From Macrostomum lignano (taxonomy: Eukaryota): DNA of 64,000 bases. Under the pieces are notes generated by a model that saw only the letters and a list, made by a program, of their open reading frames with translations, searched no databases and was not told where the DNA came from. Made by a program: the position numbers and the translations under genes. Below, piece after piece: positions 35,001 through 44,800 of the stretch. Location of the stretch: contig NIVC01000736.1 in the NCBI GenBank assembly GCA_002269645.1, positions 124,001-188,000 of the forward strand. Reading direction: 5' to 3'. How positions within the stretch are numbered: the stretch's first letter is position 1; every line of letters starts with the position of its first letter.

Positions 35001-35504
35001 AGTGACCCGTGGGATTAGTGGCCTGTCAGATTAGTGACCCGTGGGATTAGTGACCTGTGGGATTAGTGGCCTGTCAGATTAGTGACCCGTGGGATTAGTG
35101 ACCTGTGAGATGAGTGAACTTTGTAAAGAATTGGTGAATTCCGTGTAGATGCTAGCCATGCAGGTGAATCCGTGAACTCCTTTAATTCCAGGGCCGTCCA
35201 CCTGGGCAGCCGCCGGCTGCTCGCCCCTGAGCGGCTCCGGAGGCTGCTGGACTGGCTGATCCTGGCGACTCGCCAGCAGCAGCTCCATGCTGTCGCTGAC
35301 GAGCTCGAAGCCCCGCCTCAGCCGCCAAAGCCGCCGCCGCCGCCCAGGCTGCTCAGCTTGCTGTGCCGGTGGCAGCTCGGGCCGGACTGGACGGACCGAC
35401 TGGCCGATGAGGCTCGCCAAGTCCTCGGCTCCGAGTGCGACAACCGGCGACTCCTGGCAGCCTGCGGCTTCGAGTGCCTGCTGGCGCTGCGGCTGCTGGA
35501 GTGA
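29315..35504 (+). CDS. PXA-PX-Nexin_C sorting nexin (SNX13/14/19/25 group, SNX19-like as no RGS domain is seen); approximate exons 29315-29888, about 30201-30503, 30889-31132, 31213-31361, 31694-31954, 32166-32303, 32693-32836, 33774-33837, 34406-34592, 35192-35504
   Basis: Two N-terminal hydrophobic helices. PXA-like EILEACLASWLRPLS and LTHLLPPQEAACGPLRQLL. PX domain (IVIVGTEKV...YTLYIIK...VVKRRYKQFAGLYKDL...RIGLLTDFLQ|ALIATPEVCTSAELKAFL). Nexin_C-like end (DNRRLLAACGFECLL). The exon 2 acceptor is uncertain, as it needs a GAG acceptor or a missed exon. Confidence 0.78.
29893..30088. repeat. 17-bp intronic minisatellite (GATTATCGGGTTTATGG), degenerating 3'-ward
   Basis: Begins within the splice donor context (GTGAGATTATCGG). 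Confidence 0.9.
30508..30842. repeat. 38/41-bp intronic minisatellite (ATGAACTGCAGGCAGATGATGCAGCTGTGGCTGGGGCC)
   Basis: Tandem array directly after the donor at 30504. Confidence 0.93.
31410..31620. repeat. 44-bp intronic tandem repeat (GATTAGTGCAGCTGTACTCATCGATAAGTA[T/C]ACATTAGCACTTT), about 5 copies
   Basis: Seen directly. Confidence 0.92.
31985..32047. repeat. (TCTG)n microsatellite
   Basis: Seen directly, in an intron. Confidence 0.9.
32338..32665. repeat. 40-bp intronic minisatellite (TTCTGGGGCTTATTCCGGGTCAGTGAGGCTCTCACTGTGT), about 8 copies
   Basis: Tandem copies, each carrying a CAGTGAG-gct-CTCACTG stem-loop. Confidence 0.93.
33240..33720. repeat. 21-bp intronic minisatellite (GTAGATTTGGTAGAGTAGGCT), about 22 copies
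   Basis: Seen directly. Confidence 0.94.
33862..34388. repeat. 36-bp intronic minisatellite (TTGAAACATGTCTTGACCCAGCTCTCGACCCACTTC), about 14-15 copies
   Basis: Seen directly. The unit is three related 12-mers. Confidence 0.95.
34775..35107. repeat. 16-bp intronic minisatellite (GGATTAGTGACCTGT[C/G]), about 20 copies
   Basis: Seen directly. Confidence 0.93.
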
Positions 35505-36600
35505 CTGGGGAGTGCTGGAGTGACTGGGGAGTGCTGGAGTGACTGGGGAGTGCTGGAGTGACTGGGGAGTGCTGGAGTGACTGGGGAGTGCTGGAGTGAC
35601 TGGGGAGTGCTGGAGTGACTGGGGAGTGCTGGAGTGACTGGGGAGTGCTGGAGTGACTGGGGAGTGCTGGAGTGACTGGGGAGTGCTGGAGTGACTGGGG
35701 AGTGCTGGAGTGACTGGTTGAGTGCTGGAGTGACTGGGGAGTGCTGGAGTGACTGATTGAGTGCTGGAGAGACTGGGGAATGCTGGAGTGACTGTGGAGT
35801 GCTGGAGTGATTGGTGAGTGCTAGAGTGACTGGGCAGTGCTGGAGTGACTGGCAATGCTGGAGTGACTGGGCAGTGCTGGAGTGACTGATTGAGTGCTGG
35901 AGTGACTGATTGAGTGCTGGAGTGACTGATTGAGTGCTGGAGTGACTGATTGAGTGCTGGAGTGACTGATTGAGTGCTGGAGTGACTGATTGAGTGCTGG
36001 AGTGACTGATTGAGTGCTGGAGTGACTGATTGAGTGCTGGAGTGACTGATTGAGTGCTGGAGTGACTGATTGAGTGCTGGAGTGACTGATTGAGTGCTGG
36101 AGTGACTGATTGAGTGCTGGAGTGACTGATTGAGTGCTGGAGAGACTGGGGAATGCTGGAGTGACTGTGGAGTGCTGGAGTGATTGGTGAGTGCTAGAGT
36201 GACTGGGCAGTGCTGGAGTGACTGGCAGTGCTGGAGTGACTGGGCAGTGCTGGAGTGACTGATTGAGTGCTGGAGTGACTGGCAGTGCTGGAGTGACTGG
36301 GCAGTGCTGGAGTGACTGATTGAGTGCTGGAGTGACTGGGCAGTGCTGGAGTGACTGATTGAGTGCTGGAGTGACTGGTTGAGTTCTGGAGTGACTGGGC
36401 AGTGCTGGAGTGACTGATTGAGTGCTGGAGTGACTGATTGAGTGCTGGAGTGACTGATTGAGTGCTGGAGTGACTGGTTGAGTGCTGGAGTGACTGGGCA
36501 GTGCTGGAGTGACTGGGCAGTGCTGGAGTGACTGGGCAGTGCTGGAGTGACTGGGCAGTGCTGGAGTGACTGGGCAGTGCTGGAGTGACTGGGGATTGAC
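35495..36600. repeat. 19-20-bp minisatellite (GAGTGACTGGGGAGTGCTG / GAGTGACTGATTGAGTGCTG)
   Basis: The tandem array's first unit overlaps the sorting-nexin stop codon (CTG GAG TGA). Confidence 0.95.
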
Positions 36601-37712
36601 TAAGGGTCATTGTGAGGTCACTCATGCATGCTTGTCATTACTATAGTTGGCATGATTCATCCATTAACAATTGCTCTGAGTGGCAAATCCTGTAAATATG
36701 GAGTCCCTGCTAGTCCTCAATCCCACGCCAAGTTTTCACAACTTTAAGAATCAAATTAAGTATGCACTTGCGTGCTGTGCTGCTTCCATATTCAATCTAG
36801 TATAATGAAATTTCTATGTAAAAGCCTTGTAATATTATTATAACTGTATAATAGAGTTTTACCTGAACAAGCGTTTTATTGTTATTCAATATGTCAATAT
36901 GACAATTGTCAATCTGTCATTCACGATAATTAGATGTCGCAGACTCGTGGTGTACTCTGAGGCGAGTACTAACTATTATTAAACGAATAAAACATGGAAA
37001 ATTTCCTAATGGAAAAAATCAGTTGAGCAGGAGCTGCAGGGCGAACTCTCGTTTGGCGCGCTTGTCTTCCCAGATTGAGAGAGCGCGCTTGAGAGGCGAC
37101 CGCGTGCAGCTCCTGCTGTTCAAGGGCAATGCACCTGGTCAGCCAACTCTCCCTACCAGCATGCAGCCAAGAGCCTGAAAAAAAGAAAAGATAATATTCT
37201 CAAAATCATTTCTCATTTGAGGCTGAGGGAGCGCCTTCACAGCGGTACGCATTCGCAGTGTTTTGACTGAGGCGCAGCCCCTGATGAAGGGTAGCCCAGA
37301 AACACTAAACCAGCCATACAGTTGCTAGGGGGCCCTCGCAGGGATAGCGGAGTGGGGATTCTAAACGCTCTCGCTAGGCTTCTGTCCCTCCCAGTGCTTT
37401 CAGTCCCTCCCCGTCAGCGGTACATTCTCTGCTCGTGTCCGGGTCTTCTCCAGCTCCGTCCAAGTTGTCTCCTGACCGGGTCGATCTCATCCCGTTGCCA
37501 GGAGGGTCCGCGGCCGTCACTGATCGGCCTGCCCTCCGATGCCGCGGCCGTCTGCTGGCTGAACTGATGGAGTGGCTCAGGCAAGGAATTCTCTACAACT
37601 GGGACCCGGCTGAGAATAGGCCTTTGTGTGGGGCGTACCGACAGGCCTAGCGTACCCGTGTTTTTGCCGAAAATCAGGCGAATAAAGGTCAACGATTTTG
37701 CAAAACAAAGAA

Positions 37713-38008
37713 AGGCGTACTATAGGCGTACTGTCATAACATACAGCTGCTTGGCAGCACCATTCATGTACATTACCAGGATTGTGAGGCGTACTATAGG
37801 CGTACTGTCATAACATACAGCTGCTTGGCAGCACCATTCATGTACATTACCATGGATTGTGAGGCGTACTATAGGCGTACTGTCATAACATACAGCTGCT
37901 TGGCAGCACCATTCATGTACATTACCAGGATTGTGAGGCGTACTATAGGCGTACTGTCATAACATACAGCTGCTTGGCAGCACCATTCATGTACATTACC
38001 AGGATTGT
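37713..38008. repeat. 74-bp tandem repeat, about 4 copies
   Basis: AGGCGTACTATAGGCGTACTGTCATAACATACAGCTGCTTGGCAGCACCATTCATGTACATTACCAGGATTGTG recurs at 37713, 37787, about 37862 and about 37937. Confidence 0.93.
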
Positions 38009-39015
38009 GCTATCGCATAAACTCGCACTAAGAAGTGACACAAGGGCACACTGTCATATCTGGCAAGAGCATAAGTCACATGTATGACAAGCTGAGCTCA
38101 AGTGCCAGGTGACAAGTCCAAAATGCCAGTGCATCGCAAGCAAGCCTTCTCCATACAAATAAAGATATGGAGTTCAATTCAAAAGACTGTCGCCAGGCGC
38201 ACGAGCTCGCATATGGATGAGCTGGAATGAAAATCCGCACCATTCCACTTCTCTGGGCTGCTTGATTGAGTAGAGTAGCGGCCGCAATGGGGATGCATTG
38301 CAAACTGAAATATTACGCCAAATTAGAGTCTAAGAGGGCGCCAATACTAACTGGGGATTATGCAGAGTTTCTATCAATTCAGTCAGTTGGAAAAAACTGC
38401 CCTGCACAGTAAAGAAGTACATTTTTTCACAATGCGCTCAGGAGGCAGCGCGGGAAGGCGACTCCCGGGCCGCCCACATCGGCCACGCGGCTTCCCGCAG
38501 ACGGTCTCTGCTGCTGATTGCCCGGCCTCATCTGCGCCCATCCCCGCCTGAGCCGCAGCAACAGCTCCACCTTGATGTGCACGCGGCTTGTAGGCATCTC
38601 TGCATGCGGAGAGCCCAGCAGGTGAGTTGATGAGGCAGCGCAACGGCTTTCCCAGCTTGGGAAAGTTAACAGTCTCTGAGGTGGGGCCGATGACTTGAAA
38701 AGCTGCTGGTAGGGCGATTAAATTTCCTCCTGCCTGCCGGCGGCAAGCCCAACAGCTTCGCAGCTCCGCGCCACATGCAGCATGCGGAGCGGCGCCCGCC
38801 TTCCCCCATTTGGCAAATTTCGTTATTCATGACCAGCGCGGGACGTCGGAGGGGCTGAGGTGGCTGCAGTCTGAGCTGACAGCTTGGACAACAGCTGGTT
38901 GCTAGGGGTGATTGAGCTCAACAACGGGAGCAGTGATAAATTTTACTGCATGCAGGATTTCTGCCGACTGCCTCATCCCGAGCCCTCGCATCCGCAATAC
39001 CGCACTGCAGCCAGC

Positions 39016-40050
39016 ATGGCAACCAGCTTCATCGCTACTCCAGTCTCCGTTCTGCTTGCAGCGGCCTGCCTGGCCCAGCTGGTCCACTGCGAGAGACTGC
39101 CGAGCTCCTGGCACCGCCTGAGCAGCCCGCAGTGCCTGGCTGAGAATCTGGCAGTGCGAGCGACTCAGAATCTGAGAGGCATCAGCGAGTGCCTCATGAA
39201 GGCTGGCTCGAGCGGCCTGCAGGTGGCCCAGTTCGACTCGGACACTCGCCAGTGCTCGCTCTTCCAATACATCGCAGTGTGCCACCTCATCGAAGGACTC
39301 GCTGCTGCAGAGAGCTCGCAGCTCCGCCGCTGTGCCGCATTCGCCAATGCCAGAGCCGCCAAGTTCCTCACCTTGAGCAGGAAGCTCATGCTGGGTGTGG
39401 GCTCGAAGCTGAGGGCCGCCTGGGTGATGAGCGACGATGCGGACGCCAGCAGGAGCAACTTGGTGTGCGGCCAGACGCAGCAGTGGATTTTGGAGAATGT
39501 GGAGTGGAGCAGCGAGGGAGCCAAGCTCGACGGAGTGTCGTCCAAGATGTGGCTGGAGAACGTGGAGTTCGCGAGCGTGAAGCAGGGACTCACGTGGCTG
39601 CTCAGGCTCAAGCGGGAGAACACAGAAGCAGCGTTTCTGGAGACCTACGACTGCACCACTAACATCAGGGGAGCCGCTCTCTGGAACGGCTTGCCAAATG
39701 TAGCAGGCCTGTACTTCATCAGGTTACCTCAGGTCCCTTCCAGCTATTCTTCTTACAGAACCGCACCGGAAACGAACTCGTTTGACCCGAATTCGTTCGT
39801 GGAAGTCGGCCTGACGTCGGCGACTCTCTCCACCCAGAAAGTTTTCTCTAACGGAGGCTTCGTGCCGCCAGGGCAGGTGATTGCAGAAGTCACAAATCCT
39901 GCAACGAGCATTCCAAACTGCACCTGCATGTCACTGGGGTTTCTACTTGGCGACTCGCGAGTGCTGAACGGCACGGTGCAGGCGGTGGCCGTCATGAACG
40001 ACTCGATGACCGAGGCTGAGATCCGCAGCTTCTTCGATCTGGTGCGCTGA
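39016..40050 (+). CDS. Single-exon secreted protein of 344 aa: signal peptide, Cys-containing PAN/Apple-like module, C-terminal LamG/concanavalin-like beta-sandwich
   Basis: Long ORF (38884-40050) with exon-like GC content. The ATG at 39016 opens MATSFIATPVSVLLAAACLAQLVHC (signal-like). Cys spacing C..x..C...FDSDTRQCSL is PAN-like. The WSSEGAKLDGVSS...LTWLLRLK...VQAVAVMNDSMTEAEIRSFF pattern resembles the ends of LamG_3/pentraxin-like domains. Confidence 0.72.
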   Translation: MATSFIATPVSVLLAAACLAQLVHCERLPSSWHRLSSPQCLAENLAVRATQNLRGISECLMKAGSSGLQVAQFDSDTRQCSLFQYIAVCHLIEGLAAAESSQLRRCAAFANARAAKFLTLSRKLMLGVGSKLRAAWVMSDDADASRSNLVCGQTQQWILENVEWSSEGAKLDGVSSKMWLENVEFASVKQGLTWLLRLKRENTEAAFLETYDCTTNIRGAALWNGLPNVAGLYFIRLPQVPSSYSSYRTAPETNSFDPNSFVEVGLTSATLSTQKVFSNGGFVPPGQVIAEVTNPATSIPNCTCMSLGFLLGDSRVLNGTVQAVAVMNDSMTEAEIRSFFDLVR

Positions 40051-40087
40051 ACTGCTGGTGAAAACTGGATGAACTGACTGTAAACTG

Positions 40088-40470
40088 TGAAGGCTATGGA
40101 TAAATCCAAGTTGCTTTAATCCCAGTTGCTTTAATCCCAGTTGCTTTAATCCCAGTTGCTTTAATCCTAGTTGCTTTAATACCAGTTGCTTTAATCCCAG
40201 TTGCTTTAATCCCAGTTGCTTTAATCCCAGTTGCTTTAATCCAAGTTGCTTTAATCCAAATTGCTTTAATCTCAGTTGCTTTAATCCAAATTGCTTTAAT
40301 CGCAATTGCTTTAATCCCAGTTGCTTTAATCCCAGTTGCGTTAATCCCAGTTGCTTTAATCCCAGTTGCGTTAATCCCAGTTGCTTTAATCTCAGTTGCT
40401 TTAATCCCAGTTGCGTTAATCACAGTTGCTTTAATCCCAGTTGCTTTAATCTCAGTTGCTTTAATCCCAG
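40088..40470. repeat. 15-bp minisatellite (CCAGTTGCTTTAATC), about 25 copies
   Basis: Seen directly, just after the stop of the secreted-protein gene. Confidence 0.95.
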
Positions 40471-40555
40471 CTGCTCCACGTTGGCTTTATTGTTCACGTG
40501 CGGCTGTCTCGCCCTCTTTCCGCATATCGTGTGCTTTTCTTCCCTCTCGCTAGTA

Positions 40556-41293
40556 GGCAGTCAGTCAGTCAGTCAGTCAGTCAGTCAGTCAGTCAGTCAG
40601 TCAGTCAGTCAGTCAGTCAGTCAGTCAGTCAGTCAGTCAGTCAGTCAGTCAGTCAGTCAGTCAGTCAGTCAGTCAGTCAGTCAGTCAGTCAGTCAGTCAG
40701 TCAGTCAGTCAGTCAGTCAGTCAGTCAGTCAGTCAGTCAGTCAGTCAGTCAGTCAGTCAGTCAGTCAGTCAGTCAGTCAGTCAGTCAGTCAGTCAGTCAG
40801 TCAGTCAGTCAGTCAGTCAGTCAGTCAGTCAGTCAGTCAGTCAGTCAGTCAGTCAGTCAGTCAGTCAGTCAGTCAGTCAGTCAGTCAGTCAGTCAGTCAG
40901 TCAGTCAGTCAGTCAGTCAGTCAGTCAGTCAGTCAGTCAGTCAGTCAGTCAGTCAGTCAGTCAGTCAGTCAGTCAGTCAGTCAGTCAGTCAGTCAGTCAG
41001 TCAGTCAGTCAGTCAGTCAGTCAGTCAGTCAGTCAGTCAGTCAGTCAGTCAGTCAGTCAGTCAGTCAGTCAGTCAGTCAGTCAGTCAGTCAGTCAGTCAG
41101 GCACCCACTCACTCAAGTCAGTCAGTCAGTCAGTCAGTCAGTCAGTCAGTCAGTCAGTCAGTCAGTCAGGCACCCACTCACTCAAGTCAGTCAGTCAGTC
41201 AGTCAGTCAGTCAGTCAGTCAGTCAGTCAGTCAGTCAGTCAGTCAGTCAGTCAGTCAGTCAGTCAGTCAGTCAGTCAGTCAGTCAGTTAGTCA
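40556..41293. repeat. (TCAG)n microsatellite of about 730 bp with two identical GCACCCACTCACTCAA interruptions
   Basis: Seen directly. The SQSV ORFs are artefacts. Confidence 0.97.
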
Positions 41294-41866
41294 GGGAATA
41301 AAATTCGAGAGAAACTAACTGCAGTCTCAGTGCTGTATTTCGAACTGGATGGTCGAGTGAGTGAAGTGCGTAGTAGTGAAGAAAGTAGTAGTCTCTCGTT
41401 TTTATTTTTACGAAAAAATCTAAAATCTGGATATCAGAGGATGTAGCGATAAGTCTAGAGCTGATGATCAGTGAGTAAGCGGGGCCCTACATTCTGTCTA
41501 GCATGGCATAACATGGCATATTGGATACACTTTTCAACTGTTGCATTAACGCTTTTACATTACATAAACTCCCGTTAAAAAGATCAATTTTAAATCTAAT
41601 CGAGATTAATGAAGTATAACAAAAAGTACTTTTAGTGCGTTTTCTAATCGTACATCGCCTTGCACAGTTGCAACTAAAAACCTACGAGAACTTGAATAAG
41701 TGGCTAAGAGACGGGAAAAGTGGCCCAAAAGTTGAAAAGCCACAACGGCATGTCGTTAAACTGTTTGTTTTAAAAAGAGCAGAAAACTCCGCACTACTCA
41801 GGCCCGAAGGAACTCTTGATTCTTTCACCTGACGTCCTGCAGGTCTTTGTGCTGAACGTCTTTGTC

Positions 41867-44800
41867 TCAGGTGTCCTGGTTTTCAGCCAGGGCAGCCAGC
41901 TGCCGATGCGGGGGCAGCTGCCTGCTCGGTCCTGAACTGCTGTTGCTCATCTTCTGGACGAGCGTCTCCAGTTTCCGCAGGCGCTTCAGCTCCTTTTGAA
42001 TGTCCTTGATCTGCTCAAAGATTATCTTGTTGCCCTCGTCCAGATCTTCCTCGTCGATCACGACGCCTCGGAAGGTGGAGCGCTGGCCCCTGCAGCTGAT
42101 GGCCTGGTAGTACAAGTAGTAGAGGAACACCTCGACTTCGCTCTTCTCGGTGCTGCGCGGTGCCGTTCGCTTGCCGTCGCTACTCTTGTTTCGCCGGAAG
42201 CGCCTGATGATCCACGCGATGAGGCGGCGCAGCTCCAGCAGCACGTTGAACGGTGGCGGCAGCTTGGAGCGCATGAAGAACTCCTGGGTGAGGTCGTACT
42301 TCTCGAACTGCCACATGGCGGTTGACTCGCGATTCACGGCGTCAATTGTCTCACTAAACATCGCCACGATGACGTTGAGCAGAAGAATCTGGACTATCAC
42401 GATGTAGATGACCATGAAGATGTTAGTAACCAGCAGAGATCCTGTCTCGTGAACGCAGTCTTCTTTGGCATCCGGAGAACTGCAGAGATTCGTCTTGTCA
42501 TCCAGGCCGTACTCGCCGACGATCATAAAGAAGGTCGTTCTGAACATCCGCACAGCGATCTCCTGCGCCTCTGTGCCGTTGTCGGTATCCCCTGGGCTCA
42601 GAGATGATGTGCCAAAGTTGGTCGGTGGGTACAGCAGCGCCTGGAACACAACTCCGAAGCCGATCATCAGGATGAACAGGATATACAAGAATGGCAGGAA
42701 GTCCTTCTTCACCATGAGCGCCATCATCTTCAGCTTGGGGCCGAGGCTTTCCAAGATCACCGAAACGAATAGCAGTCGAATCCAGTACACCAGGCAGGTT
42801 GTTGACAGCAGCACCAGAGCCCAGTATCGAACACTCTCAGCATGCTCAGACTTTCCTGAAATTTCGTCATCCAGCCTCAACGCAAAGCTTATGATGCCAC
42901 AAAGTATAGCCGTCAGATCGATCAGGTTCCAGCCATCCGAGAAGTAGGAGGCGAGCGATTCGTCCTTTTTGCTCTTGAAGATCTCGTTAATTTCCTCCAC
43001 CAGAAAGCCCAGCAGACACACGTAGCAGATGCACTCCGACACACTCATCCTCTTGTTGAATAGGCGCATCACGACGAACGACAGAAGCAGAACAAACATC
43101 ACGTGCGCCGTCACGTGGAACCGAAATTTTACGCAGGGGATATCATAGAAGGCGTTTAACTCTTTGAATACTCGCCGCACATACGATGGCTTCTTGGGCG
43201 GCACTTCCGCTTCAGGTGGCTGCGGCAGGAGCCGCTCCTCTGCGCCTGTCATCTCGTGCCCGTGATGCTCGTTGTGGCTGTGCAACGCACTTTTCACCTG
43301 CACGAACTTGCTGTCCTGCAAGATCTCAGGATTCTTAAAGGTTGGCGACTCTTTACGGAAGCGTTCCATGATCAGCGGTAGGAGCAGCATGAGCGGCGGC
43401 ACGAAACCCATGAGAATGGCGCCCTCCATCTTCCAGACGTTGCTGCGGACGAAGAAGAAGTCGGAGTACCAGAACATGTCTAACGTGTCCTGTACCACAT
43501 CGATGGTGACGAAGCTGCTGGACTCGCCCCTGGCGGCCAGGTCGATGGCGTCGTAGTCACCGTAGGATCGGAGCGGAAGCCTCAGGTACTCCATGGTGAG
43601 AATGTTGTTCTGCGACGTGTCGAATTCCTTAATGCGTCGCAGAGCTTGAATAGCGATCCCCTCGCACGTGTTGGCCATATTTATTGCCTTGTTTCTATAA
43701 ACGTCCTCGATGCTTCGCAGGATGCTGAGGCAGCGAAGCAGTTTAGCCATGAGAAGCGCCTGTGGGATGAGATCGTACGGCTCTTGGCGCAGAAGGTGTG
43801 GCGTTAACTTAAACCGGCCTGTGAGCACGCTCCACATAGCCAGGGTACGGACTGGGTCCTTCATTACTTCTATCGGCGAGTCCAGGTTGCAACGATCCGT
43901 CTGTTCGTCAATGAAGTCGGTGTGCCTCAGCTGCCACAGTTTCGTGGTTTTGGACACTAGCATGTGCAGCTTGTCGTAGGAGACTCGTTGCGTCACTTCT
44001 TGCAAGCTTTCGCCGGAACCGAGGATTTTCGTTTGTTGCTTCTGGTCTTCGTCTTCGTCTTCATCATCTTCGTCTTTAAGGCACTCGCGCCAGACCAGGC
44101 CTCGGATCCCCACCCGCTTTGCAATAAGCGTCTTCTCGTACACCTCGACTATGTTACTTTCCAAGAATTGAACGATCTTGCCCCACAGAACTCCTAGATT
44201 CATGAGTTCCTGCAGCAAAATCTCATTCTCAGTTACGAGCACATGTCGAAAGATGCTCTCTGCTATCTTGGGCACCAGGTCCTTGGAGATGATTTCGTCT
44301 ACCAAGCCGTTGCTCACAGCACGGATTATGATCTGTACAAACTCGTTGATGTCGATTCGTTCGTCTGACTCAATATAGCTCAATAGCATTTCGTTGGTTG
44401 CTTCATCCAGCCGGTTTTGGAAGTACTCAATGTCTGTGTCCGTTGGGACGAAAGTGCGCCTGTACTCGTTGTCAATCTTGGTCAGAGTGTCTAAAAACTT
44501 TCTAGCTGAGTCCGTGCTGAAAACCGTGCGGAAACTTCCGGCTTCCGGACACTTGACTACCTTGTTCGCCAGCAGATACCCGTAGGTATCGAGGATTGCG
44601 TTGTCCTGGTTCATGATCACCAGATCAAGCGGCGTCCGTCCTTGCAAGTCTTTAACAGCAATGTCGGCTCCGTGCTCAACAAGTACGGCAAACAGTTCCG
44701 CGTTGCTGTTTGTGGCCGCGATGTGCAGCGGGGTGAGTCCGCGGTTGCCAATGACGTTGATGTGCTCAGAGTGTTCATGTAGGAGGACGCCCACCGTCTC

